DNA from: the human T2T-CHM13v2.0 reference genome, Homo sapiens
Direction: 5' to 3' (one strand)
Assembly: GCF_009914755.1 (NCBI RefSeq)
Contig: NC_060942.1
DNA: 64,000 bases
The notes under the pieces were generated by a model. That model was not told the DNA's origin. It ran no database searches and saw only the letters and a list, made by a program, of their open reading frames with translations. Positions 1-15,523 of the stretch are shown here, one piece after another (position 1 is the stretch's first letter; each line of letters begins with the position of its first letter). The translations under genes and the position numbers were made by a program.

Positions 1-34
1 GAGTGATACTCTGTCTCAAAAAAAAAAAAAAAAA
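1..34 (+). mobile_element. 3' end and poly(A) tail of an Alu cut by the window edge
   Basis: gagtgatactctgtctc followed by an A run. Confidence 0.85.
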
Positions 35-118
35 GGGAAGGAGGAAAAATAACAAATTGTTCGCACATTTTAATTGAATAACTGTGTTCTTTCTTCACTG
101 ATTTAAAATGCCCCTTTT

Positions 119-483
<365 letters not shown>

Positions 484-794
484 TTAAAATCTACAATATG
501 GAGTAATGTAAGTTTAGGGTAGGTATTAGGGTTTGTTGAGGGACAGTAGGGAGAAAGGGAAGGCTCTTTAGCCTTACCACTGCATTTCTTTTTGATGCCC
601 CAATTTCCCACGCCATCGTCACTTTTAGGATGGCAGCTTATGTGCTTCTGGATATGGACTTATCAGGATACTCCTTTCCTGTGGATTCTGTATCATCTCT
701 AAGTGGCTTGGATGGGAAGGGGAGGGGGGCTGGAATATAAAATATTGCTTCTATGTGTATTTTTCACCCTTTACGTATTAGAGATAATTTTTTA

Positions 795-1096
<302 letters not shown>

Positions 1097-1294
1097 TATT
1101 TTTTTTAAAGAAGTGACATAAAGCATTGATTTCTGTTTTCTGAATTTGAGCTCTTTGACTAATTTATTTTGCATTAGGCAGCAGTCTCAGCTGTTTATAC
1201 TGTTCAGATTCACTGAACTTTTTTCACCTTCTGGAGAAATTCTGGGGGCTACCCCTTAAAGGTCATTGTGAAGCACATATGGCTTATCTTTATC

Positions 1295-1596
1295 TTTTTT
1301 TTTTTTTTTTTGAGACAGTGTCTCACTCTGCCACCCAGGCAGGAGTGCAGTGGCGCGATCTTGGTTCACTGCAACCTCTGCCTCCCAGGTTCAAGTGATT
1401 CTCCTGTCTTGCCTCAGCCTCCCATGTAGCTGGGATTACAGGTACACACCACTACACCTGGGTACTTTTTGTATTTTCAGTAGAGACGGTGTTTCACCAT
1501 GTTAGCCAGGCTGGTCTCAAACTCCTGACTTCGTGATCTGCCCGCCTCGGCCTCCCAAAGTGCTGGGATTACAGGCATGAGCCACTGCGCCTGGCC
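1295..1596 (-). mobile_element. AluS, full length
   Basis: T tail, gagacagtgtctcactc...ctggcc; flanking direct repeat tgg(c/t)ttatcttt. Confidence 0.95.
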
Positions 1597-2204
1597 TGGT
1601 TTATCTTTTAATTTTAAAAAAGGAAGGCTAACATGCCTATTGAAATTAGTAGACTCTGCCAGTGGTGCCTTGAGTTTTTTTTTTGGCTAGCCTGAGAAGG
1701 GGGTTCCATGTGTTGTCTTGAACTGATGACAGTTCTTGATTACAGGAATAATAATTTGAAATAGCTCTAACTTGAGATAGAACTCTGTGATCCTGCGACC
1801 AGTGTTCTAATCGTACCCATGGTACGTTAGTGCTGTTGAGTCAGTTAATTCCCAGAAAAAATGAAGTGTTTTTTTTAGTGGGAATGGGGGAGGGAAAAGG
1901 AACACATTCCAAATATAGAAAAGTCAAATTAGAACATCTGCCATCTTTGGCAAACGGGCTTTCATGGTCTATTGACCAATTCTTAGTTATTATATAAATG
2001 ACTGCAAGACACAAATGGTACTGCTGTTGGGTTTGGTGGCTTTATAAGATTCTGTGTGTTGGACAACTAGGTTTCTCTTCTGTAGGCTTTTAGTTGTGTT
2101 GCAGAAGTTCCAAATCACCTTTGCTGTAGTTGACTATAGGCTTTTTAATACATGAACACTTAAGGAGAAAATCTCCGGACCCATTGCTGTAAAATACTAA
2201 ATGA

Positions 2205-2475
<271 letters not shown>

Positions 2476-2689
2476 CTAAATGAAATGAAACTGTGGTCAC
2501 CACATTTAGGTATTTGTATGTAACAGTGCTTTCTTCCACAATGACAAACCAGATGTTATTTTTAAAAAATTTGAATAAGCAAGTGCAAAAGAATTGAACT
2601 GCTTCAGCACAATTGTATCCTGCTACCTAATGTTCAAGAAATTATATAGTATTTTGGTATTTAGTAAACATTTCTATCACCCTGTATGC

Positions 2690-2875
2690 TAATTACTGTT
2701 TAGTGCTTTATAAATATTAAGTGCTTTATAACTATTAATTTAATTCTCACAACAACCGTATGAGGTAGGTTATCACCCCAGTATTACAGATAGAGAAATG
2801 GAGTTACAGAGCAGTTTGGTAACTTGTCTAGATTTGGACAGTGAGCAAGAGAGAGGCAGAATTCAAGTTCAGGCA
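2690..2875 (-). mobile_element. MIR SINE
   Basis: tctcacaacaaccgtatgaggtagg...ttacagatagagaaatggag resembles the reverse complement of the MIR core. Confidence 0.75.
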
Positions 2876-2969
2876 TCACATGTCAGAGTTAACTTGTAAG
2901 TGTCCCCCTTGATTTGCTGAATATGGAAAACGTATCCCTAATGAGCTTCTGTGGTCAGTTTGGGCACAT

Positions 2970-3598
<629 letters not shown>

Positions 3599-4012
3599 CT
3601 GTTTTGAAGAACTTTGTGAGATTCAGATTTGATGATACGTGTGGAAGTGCTTTGTAAACTGTGAATGTTATACAAATGTCATGTGGTTTTATTATTTTTA
3701 GCAATGGGAAATTGCCACAGATGTTAATTAGAGTTAATTAGGGCTCATTAAGGAAGATGGGATCTACTGTTGTTGGGCACTGATGCTCAGTTACATGGAA
3801 GACTGTACAGGCATACCTTGTTTTATTGTGCTTGCTTTTGTTGTGCTTTGCAGATATTGCATTTCTTACAAATTGAAGGTTTGTGGCAACCCTGTGTTGA
3901 GTAAGTCTGTTGGCAACGTTTTTTCCAACAGCATGTGCTCACTTTGTGTCTCTGTGTCATATTTTGGTGAGTCTTGCAATATTTCAAAACTTTTCATTGT
4001 TTATAATTTTTT

Positions 4013-4122
4013 AAAAAAAATAGGGAACGTTTCATGAATTTGCATGTCATCCTTGCACAGGGACCATGCTAATTTTCTCTGTATCATTCCACTATTAGTA
4101 TATATGCTGCCGAAGTGAGCAC
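4013..4122 (-). pseudogene. U6 snRNA retrocopy (RNU6 pseudogene), full length
   Basis: Reverse complement reads gtgctcacttcggcagcatatatac...gatacagagaaaattagcatgg...cgttccctatttt, about 12 differences from U6; TSD cttttcattgtt at 3990-4001 and 4124-4135. Confidence 0.97.
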
Positions 4123-4357
4123 CCTTTTCATTGTTATATCTGTTAAGGTGATCTGTGATCGGTGATTTTTGATGTTACTATTGTAATTGTTTTGGGGCAT
4201 CACAGACCACGCCCATGTAAGATGGCAAGCTTGATAAAGTTGTGTGTGTTTTGACTCCTTGACCGACTGGCTATTCCCCCATCTTTTTCCCTCTCCTGGG
4301 GCCTCCCTATTCCCTGAGACACAACAGTATTGAAATTGGGCCAGTTAGTAACCCTAT

Positions 4358-5948
4358 AAAGGCCTAAGTGTTCAATTGAAAGGAAGAGTCACAAGTCTCT
4401 CACATTAAATCAAAAGCTGAATATGATTAAACTTTGTAAAGGAAGGCATGTTGAAATCTGACAAAGGCCAAAAGCTAGTTCTCCTGTGCCACAAACAGTT
4501 AACCAAGTTGCAAATGCAAAAGAGGTTATTGAAGGAAATTAAAAGTGCTACTCCAGTGAACACATGAATTGTAAGAAGGCAAAACAACCTTATTGCTGAT
4601 ATGGAGAACGTTTTAGTGGTCTACATAGAAGATCAAACCAGGTACAACATTCACTTAATCCAAACCCTAATCCAGAGCAAGGTCCTAACTCTCTTTAATT
4701 TTTTGAAGGCTGAGAAAGGTGAGGAAGTTTCAAAAGAGAAGTTTGAAGCTAGCAGAGGTTGGTTCATGAGATTGAAGGAAATAAGCTTGTGTCCATAATA
4801 CAAAGGTGCAAGGTGAAGCTGCACAAGTTATGATGTGTAGAACCTGATGTAGAATCTGCAGCAAGTTATCTGGAAGATCTCGCTAAGATCATTGATGAAG
4901 GCAGCTACACCAAGTGACAGATTTTCAGTGTAGATGGATGAAGCAGCCTTCTATTGGCAGAAGAGGCCATCTAGGACTTTCATAGCTAGAGAGGAGAAGT
5001 CAGTACCTGGCTTCCTTCAAAGGATAGGCTGACTCTCTTGTTAGGAATTAATGCAGCTGGTGACTTTAAGTTGAAGCGGATGCTCGTTTACCATTTTGGA
5101 AATCCTAGGGCCCCTGAGAATTCTGCTAAATCTGCTCTGTCTGTGCTCTATGAGTGGAATAACAAAGCTGGATTACAGCACACCTGTTTGTAGCATTATT
5201 TACTTAATATTTTAAGCCCATTTTTGAGACCTACTGCTCAGAAAAAGAAAAGATTCCTTTCAAAATATTACTGCCCACTGAAAATGTACCTGGTCATCCA
5301 AGAGCTCTGAGGGAGATGTACATAGAGGTTAATGTTGTTTTCATGCCTGCTAACACAACATCCATTCTGTACTCCATGGATCAAGGAGTAATTTTGAATT
5401 TCTGGTCTTATTATTTAAGAAATACATTTTGTAAGGCTATAGCTGCCATAGATAGTAATTCCCTTGATACATCTGGACAAAATAAATTGAGAACCTTTTG
5501 GCAAGGTTTCACCATTCCGGATGCCATTAAGAACATTTGTGATTCATGGGAGGAGAACCTCCATTAACATGGGTTTAGGAGAAGTTGATTTATGGATGAT
5601 AATGAGGAGTTCAAGACTTCCATGGAGGAAGTAACTGCAGATGTGTTGGAAATAGCAAAAGAACTACAATTAGAAGTGGAGCCTGGAGATGAGACTGAAT
5701 TGCTGCAATCTCATGATGAAACTTGAATGGATGAGGAATTTCCTCTTATGGACAAGCAAAGAAAGTGGTTTCTTGAGAAGGAATCTACTACTGGTGAAGA
5801 AGCTGTGAACATTGTTGAAATGACAACAAATAATTTAGAATATTACATAAACTTAGTTGATAAAGGAGCAGCAGGGTTTGAGAGAATTGACTCCAATTTT
5901 GAAAAAAGTTCTGTGAGTAAAGTGCTATCAAAGAGAAATCTTTTGTGA
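4358..5948 (+). pseudogene. Decayed Tigger1 transposase coding region (pogo/CENP-B family)
   Basis: ORF remnants 4601-4798 (KFEASRGWFMR), 5316-5567 ([16 protein letters not shown]), 5727-5948; many stops and frameshifts. Confidence 0.9.
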
Positions 5949-7830
5949 AAGGAATAGTTAGTTGAGCAGCAAACTTTATTGTCTTATTTCAAGAAATTGC
6001 CACAGCCACTCCAATCTGCAGCAGCAACCACCTGAATCAGTCAGCAGCCATCAACATTGAGGCTAGACCCTTCACCAGCAAAAAGATTATGACTTGCCAA
6101 AGGCTCAGATCATTGTTAGTACCTTTTAGTAGTATTTTTAAATTAAGGTGTGTGCATTGTGCTTTATATGTAATGCTGTTACAAACTTAATAGACTATAC
6201 CGTGTAAACATAACTTTTTATATGCGCTAGGAAACCAAAAAATTCATGTGACTTTATTGTGATATTCGCCCTATAACAGTGGTCTGGAACTGAACCTGCA
6301 GTATTTCTGAGGTATGCCTATACACATTCATTCATTTAATCAGTAATTACTGTGATTATTTACTATATCGTGATCCTTTGAATTAAAGATGATTAATGTG
6401 AATTGTCTAGGATCCCTTGAATTACTTACCAATTTGAGGGCATGTTTGTGGAAACAAGCCAGCATTAACAATAAAAAGGTGAAAAGTGTTCTAATGGAGA
6501 CATAGTATTCGCAGGTTACTGTAGTAGCAGGAATGGGGAGAGAGAGCCTCCAAACTCCACTGTGTTGCCCTCGAAGGACTAGGAGTAGACTGTTGCTTCA
6601 GTTCTGGGATCCTGAATTGTTTTAGGAGCAACTCTAAATTATTGGTTCCAGATACAGTCGACCGAGTTTAGGATTAATAGTTCCAGTTGAATCCTTAGCA
6701 TTTACCAAATACTTCCAGGCATCTGGGCCTTTTTATCACTTGAATCGTTTTGGGCTCTATTTGTATTATAGTTTGTGAGGATCTAAATTCTGGGTTAAGC
6801 AAATATTCGTTTTGATTTTTTGAAACAAAAAAATGCAAATGTGCATGTGCTGGAGGTTGCACTAAAGCCTGACAGTAGCCTAGAGTACACTGAGGGACAT
6901 TCTTGTATTTCTTTTTTTTAAGGCCTATGAGGTTTTATTTTTCTATGGATTTATGAGGTTGATGGGAAGTGCTGTTTATCTTCTGAAGGGAGGTACTTTT
7001 TTTTAGTTTGGTATCATACGTACACCACATTCATGTAAAAATTGGAAGATGATGATTTGGTCATGACCTGGGGTCATTTTTTAAAAACCTCTGTATCTCC
7101 TCTCTGGATCTTCATGGAAGAAGGAATTTTTAAAAAAACCTCTCGTCTATGCTAGGAAGAAACAAAATCTTTCAGCATTCATATAAGCATAAAACAACTT
7201 ATTAGCTCTTTTATCCATGGCTGTAAAACCTGTACTACACACATGGCAAGTTGTCTTTACTAATGACCTATTATAAATTATTTTTATCTTGAGTAGATGG
7301 CAGTGGCTCTGTGAAATATTGTCTTGTAGTAATGTGGATGACAACACTGGAAAATGAGCTGCTTTTTGCTTTTTGTGTTTTATAATTATGAGAAACACCA
7401 TGGTAACAAAAAAAATTATTTCAGCCTGTCTGACTAAAATAAGTCATGCTTCTAATCCAAATAAAATACTTCTAATTCAAACCAATCAACATTCAGGTTA
7501 ATTACCTGCCAGTGGGTATTTTCCACCATCTATTATTAAATAACACCTATTTGCCCTCTGTGAAAATTTTTACAGAGACTTCAGTTAACTCATTAGAGCA
7601 ATATCAACACTTGACAGGCTGATTTTTATGGGGGATGTTAACAGAAATGTTAGCACCAATGTAATCAGGAGGAGAATAGTTATTGGCCCTTGTGATTATG
7701 AAGCAGAAGCTCAATGATCCCTTGCTTTGTAACCAAGTCATGTGAGGGACTTGGTGTTTAATTCACAAAATGAATATGTGATGAGAAAAGTTCTACAAAC
7801 ATCTTGGAACTGCTTAAGAGGATGTCATTC

Positions 7831-8173
<343 letters not shown>

Positions 8174-8353
8174 GAGGATGTCATTCTTAAGATACCACAC
8201 AGAAGTTCATTTCTGAGAGTAGGGATTGTCTTGTTTGTATAGTTGGAATGCTTATTTTATATCCTGAATTGGCTTGTAGCCATTAGAATTGGAAGGTGTC
8301 ATTGCTTCCTACTTTTATAGATATGCATACTTCCCCTTCCCAGCCCCCCATCA

Positions 8354-8354
<1 letters not shown>

Positions 8355-8393
<39 letters not shown>
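8355..8393 (+). repeat. (AAC)13 microsatellite
   Basis: Perfect trinucleotide run read directly. Confidence 0.97.
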
Positions 8394-8395
<2 letters not shown>

Positions 8396-8669
8396 AACCA
8401 GTTGACCACCCTCTTGGTTTTAAGAAACTGACAGATTACCCCAGGTAGCATCAACCTCCAGATAATCCTGATGATGGGTAAAAGAAAGTAGTACAGTTCA
8501 TTTATCTTTAGGGTACTATCACAGGCACAATTATACTTACCCCATGCACAGTATCTTCTTTATCTTTTAGAAACGTATGTAATATTGGAATAGACTAAAC
8601 CAGGGTTGTCTGTAGACAGTTACTAAATCAGAACCTGACAAATGCCATAAGTGAAGTAATGTCTGTTAA

Positions 8670-8770
8670 ATGGCACATGTATACATATGTAACTAACCTG
8701 CACATTGTGCACATGTACCCTAAAACTTAAAGTATAATAATAATAATACATAAAAAATTAAAAAAAAAAA
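8670..8770 (+). mobile_element. Very short 3' end of a young L1PA (L1PA3-like) with A-rich tail
   Basis: atggcacatgtatacatatgtaactaacctgcacattgtgcacatgtaccctaaaacttaaagtataat then tail. Confidence 0.93.
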
Positions 8771-8967
8771 GAGTATAGCTTTGCCAGGCTTCACTTGTAT
8801 AAAATGGGTGAGAACCTCATGGATAGCCCAGAGATGGCCTGGAATCTTTGCACCGAAAGGGGGCAGAGAGCATCTAATAGTTTCTTACCTAGCATAGAAA
8901 CCTCTGCTTGTCCATTCCTGATTGATGGTTAGCTGGCCTCTGCTTGTTGACTGCATTGTGTTGAGCC

Positions 8968-9110
8968 TTGGCCCCTTGAAATGTGGTCTGTGGACCAGCA
9001 CCATCAGCCTCTCCTGGGAGCTTGTTAGAAATGCAGAATCTCAGGCCCCACCTCAGACTTACTGCATAATCGGCATTTTAACAAGATCCCCAGGAGTTTC
9101 ATCTGCATGG
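8968..9110 (+). mobile_element. MER5A-family hAT-Charlie MITE
   Basis: ctgggagcttgttagaaatgcagaatctcaggccccacc...cattttaacaagatccccagg. Confidence 0.82.
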
Positions 9111-9869
9111 TGGGAGTGGGAGAGAGTAGAAGTTGAAGGAGGTAAACCACTGTGTGGTTCAGGCGAGACACTGAGGGCCTGAGCTAGGGCAGTGGGAGGG
9201 AGTAAAGGAGATTGATGTGGATATTATCCTGGGACTCAGTAGCTAACTGGCTCTTTTGGCAACAGAAGCTCCAAGATGACAAGTTTACAGTTGGGTGATG
9301 GAAGAATTGTGGATCAGTTCATAAAAGTAGGAAGCAACAGATTGTGTAGCGGATATCACTGATTAATTCAGTGATCCTTGAGGACCAGGCACTACTTAGG
9401 AGTTGGCGACATAATGAATGAAAGTGTGTCCTCTGTTCTTGGTATTTACAATTTAACATTGAAGGACTGGTTTTGCTGAGGCATGAGTTTGAAATGGTAA
9501 TACATGTTAAGCTGACTGCAGCCATCTGTTTAGTTGGTAAATGGGCCTGGCTCACCACCCAGCTTCCAAATTTCAGTGGAGGTTTGTCACTTTCTACTGG
9601 TTACCATATGTGTGGTAACTCTCAGGAAGTGATATAGACATTATTTATTTACTTGGTTTTCTTCTAGGAGCCATTTATTTTTTTCCGTATACAAAATAAA
9701 TGCTAGCACTAGCTATGGCTATCAGACAGAAGTGAGGAGGTATAAAAAGAATATGTATTACATTTATGAAGCTCTTAGGATGTATGTCTTTTGAATGTTG
9801 AGTTTTTCCTATCTAATGGGAGGTGACGTTTACATAAATAATAATAATAAAACTTGAAATGCCTTATTG

Positions 9870-10280
9870 GAGGCATTTACACAGTGCCAGGGGAATCCAG
9901 AAAGGCTGACATACCAGCTCCCTGGAAGTAGAATCCTCTGGAAAGGATTCCTGGGAAAGATTCTCTGAGAAAATGAGAGACTAGCATTGCATGAAAAGGG
10001 CATGCCAGGTACTGCAGCATGAATGACAGGGCTCGATGTGGGTGGGGAATGGTGAGTAGTTTGGAGTGGTGAAATTTTAGGTGATGAGATGAAAAGTGGT
10101 AGGAGATGAGACTAAAAGAGAGGTTGAGGCCATGTGGTGAAAGGCCTCACATGCTAAGGACTTGACTCGATAAGCAAGTCAAGTGGAGAATGACATGATT
10201 AGATTTGTAGTCTTTGGCATTAACTGGGCAGCCAGCTGGAGGATAGATTGGCGAGGGACTAACTAGAAACTTGAAGACTG
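9870..10280 (-). mobile_element. L2 LINE fragment
   Basis: Purine-rich degenerate L2 pattern (gtaggagatgagact...gaatgacatgattagatttg). Confidence 0.55.
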
Positions 10281-10851
10281 CCTTAGTAGGGCCTTTGATA
10301 AACATGTTTTGACTTTGTGTGTTAAAACAGCCTGTTAGGAGCTGACGAAGGAATGATATGCTGCCCTTGGCTCAGGGAGTTCAGCCTAGTGGCAGGGAAG
10401 GAAAGCATGCAGTGCTGCTTGGAATGTGCTGCTTGTGAGGTTTGTACAAGGTATTTGTCATTCCAAAAAGGGAGGTAATCACCTCTGCTGCAGTTGTGAT
10501 AGGGTCGGTGGGAGATGCTTTTGAGGATTAGGAAGAGTAGACCAGGAGCTGGAGTGGATGGGATAGGACATTTTTGGCAGGGGACCTAGAAGTTAGATGA
10601 AGGTCTACACGAGGTCAGTGCAGATGAAGAACCATGAACATAGGATAATTGTTTACAATGTAGAATTGTTGGGTTTTAATGAATGATTATATGTGGAGGG
10701 GGGAAGGGCAGTTCAGGATTTTTTATTCACTCCTGAACTAATTTGAGTACAGCAGTTCCCACTTAATTTGAGAAGGGTATGTTCCAAGACCTCTAGTGGA
10801 TGCCTGAAGCTGGGGGTAGTACCTATACCTATAGGTAGAACATTAGATATA

Positions 10852-11413
<562 letters not shown>

Positions 11414-11906
11414 TACTATGTTTTTTCCTATACATATATTCCTATGATAAAGTTTAATTTCTAAATTAGGTACAGTAAGAGATTAACAACAATAAATACT
11501 AATACAATGGAACAGTTAATAACAATACTGTAATAAAAGTTATGTGAATATGGTCTGTCAATCTTACTGTATTGTACTCATCTATTTTTGGACTGTGGTT
11601 GGCTGTGGGTAACTGAAACTGTGGAAAGTAAAATTGCAGATAAGTGCAGACTACTGTATGTCCTGCATGTTGGTAACTAGGGATATGGTGTGAACTAGAC
11701 CAACAACATTTTATATGTCTGGATGACTTGGAGGTTTCTAGTTTAGGGGTGACCATAATCCCATTAACCAACAGGCAGAATATGCGAGCAGGAATTGGTT
11801 TTAGGGTAAGGGGAGAGATGATGAGTTAGAATTTGGATGTGTTAAGTTTGAGGTTCCTGAAGAATACTCAAGTATGTCTGAAGAGCTCCAGGATCATCTC
11901 TATTTA

Positions 11907-11993
11907 GGTAGTACTTTTGAAGCCTTTGGATTGAATGAAAATGCTAGACAGATAGTAGTTTTGAAGCCTTTGGATTGAATGAAATTGTTAGAG
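11907..11993 (+). repeat. 44 bp tandem duplication, two copies
   Basis: ttttgaagcctttggattgaatgaaa occurs twice with period 44. Confidence 0.9.
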
Positions 11994-12099
11994 TGAGGAA
12001 AGGCCTTAGGAAGCAACTCCGAAGAATGCCTATATTTAAAAAGTAGTAGCGAGTTATATTGAGTGAAATAATTCAGACATGAAGGAGATACAACTCTAT

Positions 12100-12331
12100 G
12101 ATTATGTTTATATGAAGGTCAGTTAGCTGGCAAAGCTAATTTTTGGTGACGTATTGTAGTGGTTACCTTTCAGCGGGATATGGATGGGAAGGGACATGAG
12201 GAGCCGTCTGGTCTTGATATTGCTCTTTGTATTGATTTGGGTTTTAGTTTTCTGGGTGGGTACATATACAACAGTTCATTGATTGGTACCCTTATGGTTT
12301 GTGTGCTTTATTAGATGTAAGTTATATCTCA
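12100..12331 (+). mobile_element. Old L1M (L1ME-like) 3' end
   Basis: gtagtggttacctt...gggaagggacatgagg...tgtaagttatatctca. Confidence 0.65.
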
Positions 12332-13420
12332 GTGGAAGAAGAGAAGAGGCCCTGAAGGCAGAAATTTGAACAGTATTTCTATCCTGAAGGGAGAGAGGGA
12401 GAAAGAGGCTAAGGATGATGGATGAACAGAGGGGAAAAATTTAAACAAAGGAAAGAAAGAAATAAGCAGGCATGGAGCATCCATGAAGGAGTTAACCCTA
12501 GGTGGGAAGAGGGTCGTCTGTTTCCATAAGGCTTTTAGGAAGGATGGATAAAGAGATTCTTGTAAGAGCTCTGGAAGTCTTTGGGTCTCAATTGGCCTCA
12601 GTTTTCTTAGTGAATTAGAAGGTAAAGAAGAGTCACATCTCAATATTTATTGTAATATGCTTTTTCTCGAGCTCATCAACCAAGTAATCATAGTGTATAC
12701 CATCTGTTGTGAATTCATGAGTGATTTCAACTACTGCTGAATTTTTGGAGGATTGATCCTTCCTTGGGCCATCCTAAAGCACCTTACTGCACTGGAAGGG
12801 AAACGGGGACAAAGGAGAGGTGGAGGAGCTGATTGCCAAACTTGGTTTTACAGGTTCGGCAATGCTTGCATTGGGTAGGTTTGTTTTGATAGCAAGCACA
12901 GCTTGTAGTTCCCTGCTCCTAATCTGTAGGGGTGTGTATGTGTTTGGGCGGGAGGGAGGGTGGGTAGGTCGGGAGGCAGAAAGGCAGGATGTTCAGAAGC
13001 CTTCATGAAAGCTGCGGGTAGTAAATAACCAAGCTGGGATTGTGCTTTCTATTATATTCTGTTTCCTTTCTGTTTATAAACTCATTTATGGATATTTCTG
13101 AGATAGATTTGATTTTTTTCTTATGACTTCTTTTTTCTTATGACTTACAGGTAAGAGCTGATTCTGAAGAATGTATTTTCCATTCTTAGATTATCATAAT
13201 AACTCATGGATTAAATCTGTTTATAAAGTGAACATAAAGACATGGTAAATTTTAAGTTCAGGTAGATATGTAGATATAAACCAGATGGTATAGAGGACAA
13301 TTAATAAATAATAAACACTGTTAAGAAACCATGCTAAACCTATCATGGAAATCTTGTTAATTGTAGTAAGCATTGTATTTTCATTTTGTGCTTAGGACTG
13401 GGCTAGATGCCAAGATTTTA

Positions 13421-13819
<399 letters not shown>

Positions 13820-14334
13820 TCATCTAGCTATTTTATATTCCCGTAGCAAAGTTGTGTTTTGTAGATTTTTAATAAAGGTAGTTTGAGAACTAGGATAGAA
13901 ACTCTTGAGAAAGAACCATAATTGCTCACTCTTCATATGATGAATTGCTAAACAGCAGTAAGAGTGGAAAAAAATAATAGACCGTTCTTGATTTTATAGG
14001 CCCTGGTGGAATGGCTGTAGAGTTCGGTTGTTTTTTACTTGCTCAGGAACTTTGTATTTATTGGGCTAGCAGTTGTTGGCACAAAGGTTTGTTTGTGTTC
14101 AAAAGTCACTGATTAGTGGTAACAGAAACTTTTTTTCATATGGGACACTGTCTTTTTTTCCCTGAGTCTACTTAGTCAATTCAGATGTGGAGTGCTTGCT
14201 TCCCAAGGTATAAGGTGCTTTGAAGGCTGGGGGAAAAGATGAGTCACCAGATCCTCTGCCTTTTCAGAAGCTTAAGCCAATTGCACAAGGACGCAGATTA
14301 TCATAAAACGTAAGACAGTACTATAGGGTTCTTC

Positions 14335-14715
14335 CTCTCAATTTCTTGCAAATACTTCTTGAACTTTGTGCCTCTTGTGTGCCACTCTTTAACAAGAAGG
14401 TCCTTGCCCTTGTGACTTCAAAGTAGGGAGTAAACTTACCAAATACTTTTATAAATAATTGTTTAATTGTAATTGTTATGTGTGCCACGAGGAAGAAATC
14501 TAGTATGCAGTGAATTCTTGTTTAAGCTGAGACCTGAGGACTGAATAGTAGCTTGGGTTACAGGGTACGTGAAAGAGCATTGCAAATAGGGAAACAGTGT
14601 GTTTGAAAGCCCTGAGGTAGGAAGCCCGGCAAGTTTAAGGACTTAGAGGGAGGACCAGTGTGAATATAGTGTACTGATTGAGAATATCAGGAAATTGTAA
14701 GGGGCCATATAATGG
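14335..14715 (-). mobile_element. L2 3' fragment
   Basis: ggtccttgcccttgtga, tttaagctgagacctgagga, aaagccctgaggtaggaag. Confidence 0.65.
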
Positions 14716-15229
14716 GTGTGTGGTCTGGGGCTAACTTCTGCCTGACCGAATGCTTTGGTCATTATAGTTTTTCTCCTCTTAAATTCAATGCAAAATAGGT
14801 AGATATATGAATTCTCTGTTAAGTCTAGCTACAAAGGCCTTTGAGGCCAGTGTTTTGGAATTGATTTTAAGATAATGGGAAACCATTCCATTGAGTTATC
14901 AAATGTTCTTTAGATTTGTCTTTTTCAAGGACAGGTGCCATGACTATCATTTCCTAACTTTTTATCTTATCAGTAGGAGGGAGAAAAGAGAAAAGGAAGA
15001 TAAAAGTAACGCGGTCTTTTCTATAATCTGAACACACAAGAACAACCACTTTTTCTGTTCTTCCTATGTACATGACTTTCTTCATCTTTTAGCCACCTAC
15101 ACAGCTGTGTAGTTCCTTATACAGCTATATTGATTGACTCTATGTTATCTGAGGCCCCAAGATGCTCCCAGAATGCAAAGGGGTGTGGTCTGAGAATAAA
15201 GGCATAGTCTTTTTACTGGCTTCATGTAA

Positions 15230-15523
<294 letters not shown>

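Larger units (their letters stand above)
3808..6320 (+). mobile_element. Tigger1 (TcMar-Tigger) DNA transposon, near full length
   Basis: TA|caggcatacct at left and aggtatgccta|TA at right (TIRs plus TA target); internal sequence follows the recalled Tigger1 consensus for ~2.4 kb. Confidence 0.96.
11700..12640 (-). mobile_element. L2 fragments, interrupted by an old L1 3' end
   Basis: gatgatgagttagaatttggatgtgttaagtttgagg and agcatccatgaaggag resemble antisense L2. Confidence 0.55.

Noticed and set aside
4013-4122. Functional U6 gene
   Set aside because: About 12 substitutions, TSD and tail of a retrocopy, and upstream sequence is Tigger1 rather than a PSE/TATA promoter.
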